64,000 bases of DNA from Wenzhouxiangellaceae bacterium (GTDB taxonomy: Bacteria; Pseudomonadota; Gammaproteobacteria; Xanthomonadales; Wenzhouxiangellaceae), in assembly GCA_018334995.1 (NCBI GenBank), contig JAGXKW010000003.1:35996-99995 (forward strand), read 5' to 3'. The position numbers were made by a program, and so were the translations under genes. Each line of letters starts with the position of its first letter. Position 1 is the stretch's first letter. This document shows positions 57,249-64,000 of the stretch, piece by piece. Under the pieces are notes generated by a model, which made no database searches, was not told the DNA's origin, and worked only from the letters and a program-made list of their open reading frames with translations.

Positions 57249-57954
57249 GTTCGGACCGTTGATGTTCGGGGACGAGCAGTTTAGCGAGGCCGCCGCCCAG
57301 GTGCCGGCCTTGCTGGCGCGCATCGGTCTCGAGCAGGGCGCGGCGCTGGACCTGGGCTGCGGCCCCGGCCGGCACGCGCTGCCGCTGGCGCGGGCCGGGC
57401 TGGGCGTCACCGCGGTCGATACCAGTCCATACCTGCTCGACGATTTGCGCCGTCGTGCGGACGAAGCGGGCCTGACGCCGGAGATTGTCCGCGCCGACAT
57501 GCGCGAGTTCGTCCGGCCCGCTGCCTTCGACGCGGTGGTGGTGATGTGGACGAGCTTCGGCTACTTCGAGAAAGAGGCCGACCACGACCGCGCGCTGTCG
57601 AATATCGCCGAAAGCCTCAAGCCCGGCGGGATCGCGGTGCTCGACCTGCTCGGGCTGGAAACGCTTTGCCGCACGCTCGAACCGGTGCACCTGACCGAAC
57701 ACGCCGACGGCAGCCTGCTGGTCGAGCGCCCGGTATTGATCGAGCACAATACCCGGCTGGAAAACGAGTGGATCCTGATCCGGGGCGACCGGGCCGAGCG
57801 CGCGACGTTTTCGCACCGGGTCTGGTCGGCCGGCGAAATCGCCCGCCTGGTCGAAGCGGCCGGGCTGCAGCTCGAAGCCATCGACGGCGACCTGGAAGGC
57901 ACGCCCTACGACTTCGAATCCGAGCGCATGTACGTGTTCGCGCGAAAGTCGTGA
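57211..57954 (+). CDS. class I SAM-dependent methyltransferase
   Basis: MTDWYTDEDFWRKFGPLMF N-terminus common in this family. SAM motif I ALDLGCGPGRHALPLA. Post-I VTAVDTS. Confidence 0.85.
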   Translation: MTDWYTDEDFWRKFGPLMFGDEQFSEAAAQVPALLARIGLEQGAALDLGCGPGRHALPLARAGLGVTAVDTSPYLLDDLRRRADEAGLTPEIVRADMREFVRPAAFDAVVVMWTSFGYFEKEADHDRALSNIAESLKPGGIAVLDLLGLETLCRTLEPVHLTEHADGSLLVERPVLIEHNTRLENEWILIRGDRAERATFSHRVWSAGEIARLVEAAGLQLEAIDGDLEGTPYDFESERMYVFARKS

Positions 57955-58013
57955 ACGCAGGGAAGAGGTAAAAGCCGGTTTTCGCGCCAGGGCGCGGTGA
58001 AGTCGTTGTGCGT

Positions 58014-59909
58014 TCACCTTTCCTCTTTCGCCATGCGCAGTTGCCGATAGGCGCTGCGAACCGCGCTTTCGAGCTTCTCGCGCTCGGCTTCGCCGGCCGG
58101 GACCGGTTCGAGGATCTTCAACTGCACGTGGCTGAAGAAGCCGCGTTCGCGTCGCCGCCAGCGGCCCGGGGCGCGGCTGAACACGCTGCCCCAGAGTCCT
58201 TCCAGGGCCATCGGCACGACCGGCACCGGCCGGCGCTCGAGGATCTCGGTGATCCCGGAACGGAACGCCCGCACCTCGCCGTCGGGGCTCAGGCCGCCTT
58301 CCGGGAACAGCCCGACCAGTTCGCCCCTGGCCAGTGCCGAATCGACGCTGTCGAAGGCCCGGCGCAGGCACTCGGGATCGACTTTCGCCGGCGCCACCGG
58401 GATGGCGCCGGCCAGCCTGAACAGCCATTTCAGGCCGCGGATGTTGTAGATCTGGTGGGTCATCACGAACCGGACCGGGCGCGCCAGGGTGCCGCCGACG
58501 ATCAGCGGGTCCATGTAGCTCAAGTGGTTGCACACGATCAGCGCCGGCCCCGCTTCCGGCAGCCTGTCGGCGCTGTGGCCGGTCACGTGCACCCGGTAGA
58601 CCAGCCGGCTGAGCAGCCACATCAGGAAACGCAGCGCGAAGGCCGGCACCAGCGCGAACACGTAAACGGCCACCACCAGGTTGACGACCGCGACGATGCC
58701 GAACAGTTGCGGGATGGAAAAGCCCAGCACGCTGAGCAATGCGATCGCCAGCAGGCTGGCGAGCACCATGAACAGCGCGTTGAGGATGTTCATGCCGGCG
58801 ATCACGCGCGCCCGCTCGGCGTTTTCCGACAGGCTCTGGATCAGCGCATACAGCGGCACGATGAACAGTCCGCTGCTGACGCCGATGCCGAGCAGGTCGG
58901 CGATGATGCGCCAGCTGCCCGGCGCGGTCACGAATTCGCGCACCCCGGCGTCGGCCAGCGGCGTGGTCGGGCTGGCGAACATCAGGTCCAGCCCGAAGGC
59001 CGTCATGCCCAGCGCGCCGATCGGCACCAGGCCGATTTCCAGGGCGCCGCGCGAGAGCTTGTCGCACAGCAGCGCGCCGGTGGAGATGCCGACGATGAAC
59101 AGTCCCAGCAGGCTCGAGAGCGTGGCTTCGTTGCCGCCGATCACGCCCTGGGTCCAGGCCGGAATCTGGACCAGGAAAACCGTGCCGTAGAACCAGAACC
59201 ACGACACGCCCAGCACGCTGTGCAGCAGGTTGCGATCGCGGCCCAGCAGCTTGAGGTTGGCCCAGGAAGCCGTCAGCGGATTCAGGTTCAGCGCCAGGTC
59301 GCGGTCGCCCACCGCAACGGGCGGGACGCCCAGCGACGCAAGGTAGCCCGCCGCGGCCACCAGCAGCGTGGCGATCAGCACCAGCCACGGCCAGTCCAGC
59401 GGCACGCCGGCGATGATCGGGCCTGCAACGGTGCCGGCCAGGATGGCCACGTAGGTGCCGGCCGTGACCAGGCCGTTGCCGCCGGTCAGCTCGTGCTTTT
59501 CGAGCAGTTGCGGGATGATCGAGTACTTGATCGGTCCGAACAGCGTCGACTGGAAGCCGAGCAGGAACACCACCGACATGAGCGCGAACATGTTGCCCAG
59601 GTACAGCGCGACGCCGGCGAACAGGCAGATGGCGACCTCGAACAGCTTGATCAGCCGGATCATGCGCGACTTCTCGAACCGGTCGGCGAGCTGGCCGAAC
59701 ACGGCCGAAAACAGGAAGTAGGGCAGGATGAACAACAGCGCGGCCAGGTTGACCAGGCCGCTGGCGTCCCAGCCGGCCTCGACGCCGATGCCGTAGACGA
59801 TCAGGGTCGCCAGCGCGTTGCGAAAGATGTTGTCGTTCAGGGCGCCCAGCGCCTGCACCGCGAAAAACGGTCCGAAGCGCCGGTTGCGCAGCAAGCTCGA
59901 TTGCTTCAT
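58014..59909 (-). CDS. fusion of an MFS (LplT-like lysophospholipid transporter) domain and a PlsC-type acyltransferase domain
   Basis: N-terminal 12-TM MFS (NRRFGPFFAVQALGALNDNIFRNAL). C-terminal LPLAT domain with HX4D box CNHLSYMDP and FPEGG motif. Confidence 0.88.
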   Translation of the reverse strand: MKQSSLLRNRRFGPFFAVQALGALNDNIFRNALATLIVYGIGVEAGWDASGLVNLAALLFILPYFLFSAVFGQLADRFEKSRMIRLIKLFEVAICLFAGVALYLGNMFALMSVVFLLGFQSTLFGPIKYSIIPQLLEKHELTGGNGLVTAGTYVAILAGTVAGPIIAGVPLDWPWLVLIATLLVAAAGYLASLGVPPVAVGDRDLALNLNPLTASWANLKLLGRDRNLLHSVLGVSWFWFYGTVFLVQIPAWTQGVIGGNEATLSSLLGLFIVGISTGALLCDKLSRGALEIGLVPIGALGMTAFGLDLMFASPTTPLADAGVREFVTAPGSWRIIADLLGIGVSSGLFIVPLYALIQSLSENAERARVIAGMNILNALFMVLASLLAIALLSVLGFSIPQLFGIVAVVNLVVAVYVFALVPAFALRFLMWLLSRLVYRVHVTGHSADRLPEAGPALIVCNHLSYMDPLIVGGTLARPVRFVMTHQIYNIRGLKWLFRLAGAIPVAPAKVDPECLRRAFDSVDSALARGELVGLFPEGGLSPDGEVRAFRSGITEILERRPVPVVPMALEGLWGSVFSRAPGRWRRRERGFFSHVQLKILEPVPAGEAEREKLESAVRSAYRQLRMAKEER

Positions 59910-60000
59910 GCCGTTTCCGCGGAGGTCGGGTCGCGCTCACTGTAACCCGACCCGCGCGATCCGGACCCGGTCGGGCCGTCGCGATCCGCCGACGGCGTGT

Positions 60001-62568
60001 TCAGGCGTCGGCGCGGCGAAACAGCTGTTCCGGCGACGCCGGGGGTCCCAGCAGAAATCCCTGGCCGTTGGTGCAGCCGGCCCGGATCAGGAAATCGCGC
60101 TGGGCCGCGGTCTCGATGCCCTCGGCGACCAGTTTCAGTCCGAGCCGCTCGAACAGCACGATCATGCCGCGCATGAGCATTTCGGCTTCGGCCGACTGGC
60201 CCAGGTCGCGTACCAGCGACTGGTCGATCTTGACCTCGTCGACGGGCAGCTGGGTGATGTAGGCCAGATTGGAATAACCGGTGCCGAAATCATCCATGGA
60301 AATGCGAACGCCGCTGGATCTGATGCGCTGCAGGACCTCGCGTGCCCGCTCCGGCGATTCCATCAGCATGGTTTCGGTGAGTTCCAGCGTCAGGGATCGG
60401 GGCGCGAGCCCGGCGTCGTCCAGGCAGGTCTGGATATATTCCGGCAGCGCGCGATTGTAGCGCTGGCGCGCCGAAAGATTGACCGAGACGCACTCGATGC
60501 CGAAACCCGAATCACGCCATGCCGCGAGCTGCCGGCAGGCCTGGCGGATCATCCACAAGTCCAGCTCCTCGACCAGCCCGGTCTGTTCGGCGAGCGGAAC
60601 GAAGGCCGACGGCGTCAGCATGCCGTGCTCCGGGTGATTCCACCGCACCAGGGCCTCGACCGCGACCGTGATGTTGGCGTCCAGCGTGACCTGCGGCTGA
60701 TAGAACAGTTCCAGGTCGTCGTTGCGGATTGCATGGCGCAGGTCGCTTTCCAGGAACGGGCTGGTGTCGGACGCCGTGGCGATTTCCGGGCCGAACTCGA
60801 TCCAGCGGTTGCCGCCCTGGCTGCGCGCTTCCTGGAGTGCCTGGCTGGCGCGCTGCAGCAGCGTTTCCGGGCGCGTGCCGTCGCGCGGGTAACGCGCCAC
60901 GCCCACGCTGGCCGTCAGCATCAGGTCGCGGTCGGCGACCGGGGTCGGCGTGGCGATTTCGGCCACCAGGTGCGCCAGCCGATCCTGGATTTCGGTGTAA
61001 CCCGGGCCGGCCGTTACGATGCAGAATTCATCGTTGCCGAATCGGCCCACCACGTCGTCCGGCAGGGTCCAGCTCAGCAGGCGCGAGGTCATCAGCTTCA
61101 GGATCCGGTCGCCGGTCGCCACGCCGAGCTGGTCGTTGACCGACTTGAAGCGGTCGAGATCGGCCAGTATGACGAAGCAGTTCTGTCGCCGCTCGGCGGC
61201 GCTGGCCAGCGCATTTTCCAGCAGCCATTCCAGCCGGGCCCGGTTCGGCAGGGCCGTGAGCCGGTCGTGGTGGCTGAGGAAATCGACCTGGCGCGCCTGG
61301 CGCCGGGCCGTCGTGACGTCGTTCCAGCAGCCGATGATGACGCCGCTCGCCGCGCCCTCGCGATCGGGAATGAAACGCTTCTCGTCGCGCACCACCAGCG
61401 TCCCGCCGTCGCGGCCCGTGACGCGGTATTCCTGCACCAGCGTCCGATCGGACCGAATCGACTGGTTCTCGGCTTCGATCCTGGCCTTGTCTTCCGGATG
61501 AACGTGGCGCGGCCACCAGTCGTCCCGGCTGACTTCCGCGTATGGAAATCCGGTCAGACGCTCGGCGTTGGGACTGACCCACTCGACTTTCATTTCGGGT
61601 GCGCGCAGGGAATACAGCACGACGGGCGCGCTCATCAGCAGGTGGTTCAGGCGCTGATTGGTGTGCTCGAGCCGTTGTTGCGCCAGACGCATGCGCCGGC
61701 GCATGATTATCAGCCACGCGCTCAGGGCCATGAACGCCAGCACCGCGGCGATCAGCGCCGGAATCAGCCAGTCGGGAAGCGTGGCCCGGGCCGGCGCCGC
61801 GTAGGTCCGGTTCAGCGCCTGGTAGTAGGGCGAATCGGCGCTGCTCTTCCAGCGCTGCAACGCCTCGTCGACGGCCGGCAGCAGTTCGGCCGCGTCGCTG
61901 GAAGCGGCAACAAACAGGCTGGTCTGATTGAACGTGATCGGCGTTTCGATCAGGTCGTATTCATCGCTGTTTCTGCGGCCGAAAAAATGATTGGCGGCCG
62001 CCGCGTCGGCCTCGCCCGTCCCGGCAAGCTCGAATGCCGTGCTGAACGAATCGACGCGGATCAGCTCCATGTCCAGCGCCTGGTCGGCGTTCAGACGCTC
62101 GAGAAATTCGGCTTGCACCGAGCCCGAAAGCACTGCGACCGCGGTGCCCTGCAGATCGGTCATGGCGGTAAAGCGGTTCCGGGGCCGGGCGTAGACCTGG
62201 CTCCAGGACTGAACCACGGGAATCTCGTGGAACGTCAGCCGCAGATCCCTCGCGGCGGTCAGGGCCACGTCCGGCATCAGGTCGATTTCGCCGGTCTCGA
62301 GCATGGCCAGGCACTCGTTCCAGCGGCACTCGGCATATTCGAGCTGCCAGCGGTTCCGTCGCGCGATGCGCTCGATCAGTTCGATGAACAGCCCGGCCGG
62401 GCGCCCGTCCTGGTCGACGAAGACCTTCGGCGGGTTGTGGTACAGGCCGACGCGCACCGGTTGCGATTGCTGGCCGTGCGCGCCCGCCGGCGCCAGTGAA
62501 ACGAGCAGCAGCGCGAGTGCAGCGGCGGCGAGCGTCTTTCCGTTTGTCGGACGTGCACCAGCGAACAT
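60001..62568 (-). CDS. periplasmic solute-binding (SBP_bac_3-like) / PAS / degenerate GGDEF / EAL signalling protein, probable c-di-GMP phosphodiesterase
   Basis: Start set at ATG 62568 (AAGGGA upstream): signal peptide MFAGARPTNGKTLAAAALALLLVSLAPAGAHG. SBP domain, TM, PAS. GGDEF domain reading RFGNDEF. EAL domain with EALVRW, DDFGTGYS, KIDQS. Confidence 0.9.
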   Translation of the reverse strand: MFAGARPTNGKTLAAAALALLLVSLAPAGAHGQQSQPVRVGLYHNPPKVFVDQDGRPAGLFIELIERIARRNRWQLEYAECRWNECLAMLETGEIDLMPDVALTAARDLRLTFHEIPVVQSWSQVYARPRNRFTAMTDLQGTAVAVLSGSVQAEFLERLNADQALDMELIRVDSFSTAFELAGTGEADAAAANHFFGRRNSDEYDLIETPITFNQTSLFVAASSDAAELLPAVDEALQRWKSSADSPYYQALNRTYAAPARATLPDWLIPALIAAVLAFMALSAWLIIMRRRMRLAQQRLEHTNQRLNHLLMSAPVVLYSLRAPEMKVEWVSPNAERLTGFPYAEVSRDDWWPRHVHPEDKARIEAENQSIRSDRTLVQEYRVTGRDGGTLVVRDEKRFIPDREGAASGVIIGCWNDVTTARRQARQVDFLSHHDRLTALPNRARLEWLLENALASAAERRQNCFVILADLDRFKSVNDQLGVATGDRILKLMTSRLLSWTLPDDVVGRFGNDEFCIVTAGPGYTEIQDRLAHLVAEIATPTPVADRDLMLTASVGVARYPRDGTRPETLLQRASQALQEARSQGGNRWIEFGPEIATASDTSPFLESDLRHAIRNDDLELFYQPQVTLDANITVAVEALVRWNHPEHGMLTPSAFVPLAEQTGLVEELDLWMIRQACRQLAAWRDSGFGIECVSVNLSARQRYNRALPEYIQTCLDDAGLAPRSLTLELTETMLMESPERAREVLQRIRSSGVRISMDDFGTGYSNLAYITQLPVDEVKIDQSLVRDLGQSAEAEMLMRGMIVLFERLGLKLVAEGIETAAQRDFLIRAGCTNGQGFLLGPPASPEQLFRRADA

Positions 62569-62726
62569 CGGCGTATCCCTTGTTGTGCCAGCGGCCGAAG
62601 CTTCAGGCGCGAATGCCCGGCGCAACCGATTCATTCCCGCAAGTGTATTGATCATCTCATCAGCAGGGCCATCACGCAGCCGGTTGCGCACGATTGGCCG
62701 GAATCGCATGAAGGGCTTCGGTCGCT

Positions 62727-63839
62727 TCAGGTTTCGGAGTCGGCCGGCTTCGCGGACAGCTCGGATGCGGTTTCGGATCGCGTCGGTTCGGCGTGGTTTC
62801 GATCTTGAAACTCCTTGCCGAAGATCTGCCAGAAGGCAATGAACAGGACCGCGATCAGCGGGCCGACGACGAAGCCGTTGATGCCGAACATCGCCAGTCC
62901 GCCCAGCGTGGAAAGCAGCACCATCCAGTCGGGCAGCTTGGTGTCGCGGCCGACCAGGATGGGGCGCAGGATGTTGTCGGCCAGGCCGATGATGACCACC
63001 CCGTAGACGATCAGCACGGTGGCCGAAAGCCATTCGCCGACCGCGTACAGGTAGATTGCCGCGGGCAGCCACACCAGGCCGGCGCCGACGGCGGGGATCA
63101 GCGAAAGCACGGTCATGACCACGCCCCACAGCAGCGGCGCCGGCAGTTCCAGGATCCAGAAGATCAGCCCGCCCAGTGCGCCCTGCACCATCGCCACCAG
63201 CAGATTGCCCTTGACCGTGGCGCGCGCGACCTCGGCGAATTTCCGGAACAGCATGCGTTCGCGCTGGTCGCCCAGCGGCAGCGCCTCGACCAGCCGCTCG
63301 ACCAGCATGCGCCCGTCGCGCAGCAGGAAATAGGTCACGTACAGCATCAGTGCCAGCTTGAGCATGAACGCAAACGTACCCTGGCCGACCGCCAGCGCGT
63401 TCTGGGCGATGAACTGGCTGACCGTCACCGCGGCGCTGGCCGCGCGCTCGCGCACCGTGCTCATGTCGATGTCGAAGCGGTCCAGCAGCGTCTGCAGCGC
63501 CGGAAACGCGTTGCGCACCTGGTCGATGTATTTGCCGGGCTGGATCTGCTGGGCCTCGACCTGCTGGTAGAAAGCCACGCCCTGCTGCACGAACGACGTA
63601 AGCAGCAGCAAGACGGGAATCACCACCAGCACCACGCAGGCCGTCAGCGTGGTCAGCGCGGTCAGGTTCGGCCGATTGCCCCATTTGCCTTCCAGCCACA
63701 CCTGCATCGGGTGAAACAGTACGGCGATGATGCTCGCCCACAGCAGCGGGGCGAAGAACGGCTTGAGCAGCCAGGCGAACGTGATCGTCACCAGGGCCAG
63801 CGCGAGCAGGAAGGTGCGTTGTTCGAGCTTTTCGATCAT
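62727..63839 (-). CDS. AI-2E family transporter (PerM/YhhT-like)
   Basis: 370 aa, approx. 8 TM. MIEKLEQRTFLLALALVTITFAWLLKPFFAPLLWASIIAVLFHP and the C-terminal LSTLGGLAMFGINGFVVGPL pattern are typical of the family. Confidence 0.9.
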   Translation of the reverse strand: MIEKLEQRTFLLALALVTITFAWLLKPFFAPLLWASIIAVLFHPMQVWLEGKWGNRPNLTALTTLTACVVLVVIPVLLLLTSFVQQGVAFYQQVEAQQIQPGKYIDQVRNAFPALQTLLDRFDIDMSTVRERAASAAVTVSQFIAQNALAVGQGTFAFMLKLALMLYVTYFLLRDGRMLVERLVEALPLGDQRERMLFRKFAEVARATVKGNLLVAMVQGALGGLIFWILELPAPLLWGVVMTVLSLIPAVGAGLVWLPAAIYLYAVGEWLSATVLIVYGVVIIGLADNILRPILVGRDTKLPDWMVLLSTLGGLAMFGINGFVVGPLIAVLFIAFWQIFGKEFQDRNHAEPTRSETASELSAKPADSET

Positions 63840-64000
63840 GGGGCGGGTCGCTTGGAAGCCAGTGAACTATAGACAGTTCGGGCCTTGTCGGCAAGCCGCG
63901 GCCGATCCGGGGTTGGTGCGATGGACGCGGCCGCGACCCGGGGTCCGGTCGAGCGCGCCGGGCGTCTGCACGGCATCGACCGGTTCGACGGTATACTCGA

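Noticed and set aside
56175-57500. Full 441-aa ORF, or the ATG at 57323, as the aminopeptidase start
   Set aside because: This would put 50-110 RS-rich residues before the lipobox and overlap the methyltransferase by more than 100 nt. Family members are about 340-360 aa. TTG 57248 (or GTG 57209) fits better.
60001-63894. 1297-aa ORF that would fuse the SBP-PAS-GGDEF-EAL protein to 442 extra N-terminal residues
   Set aside because: The upstream 442 codons overlap the AI-2E transporter gene (62727-63839) in another frame and translate to RGAP-rich nonsense. ATG 62568 has an AAGGGA RBS and yields a clean signal peptide.
63840-64000. Possible start of another gene at the right edge (an ATG near 63921 on the + strand)
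   Set aside because: Only about 80 nt are visible, with no recognisable motif. Too little sequence to call.

Overview
High-GC (roughly two-thirds G+C by eye) gammaproteobacterial chromosomal segment, tightly packed with about 55 CDS. I recognised no rRNA, tRNA, CRISPR array, IS element, integrase or prophage gene. The backbone is housekeeping: rsmB'-fmt-def, LysM-dprA-smg-topA, hemF, corA, nrdR-ribD-ribE-ribBX-ribH-nusB, rep, tdk, thiL-pgpA and apaH-rsmA-pdxA-surA-lptD. Several signalling and envelope modules are interleaved. (1) 14.9-23.2 kb holds a DUF4212 plus sodium:solute symporter pair, a cNMP/CBS/DUF294 nucleotidyltransferase translationally coupled to a DEDDh exonuclease, and a divergent CrbS/MxtR-type symporter-fused hybrid kinase. 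(2) 30.3-40.4 kb holds a TPR hybrid kinase, an OmpR-type regulator and an Hpt protein, next to five consecutive exported proteins: barrel, secreted glutaminase, coiled-coil barrel, secreted amidohydrolase and DUF481 barrel. This is my best candidate for an undescribed system. (3) There are three GGDEF-type c-di-GMP proteins. Non-coding oddities: a 314-bp low-GC composite repeat between tdk and a 3HB-oligomer hydrolase gene; an intra-operon ribD-ribE spacer built almost entirely of four short tandem-repeat blocks; a 12-bp x5 repeat upstream of a sensor diguanylate cyclase; and smaller tandem or inverted 8- to 16-mers after topA and pdxA. thiL-pgpA lies inverted and 17.6 kb from nusB, which suggests an inversion. 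All calls rest on reading the translated ORFs and the DNA by eye; no database search was possible. Many long ORFs in the track are antisense shadows typical of high-GC DNA and were rejected.
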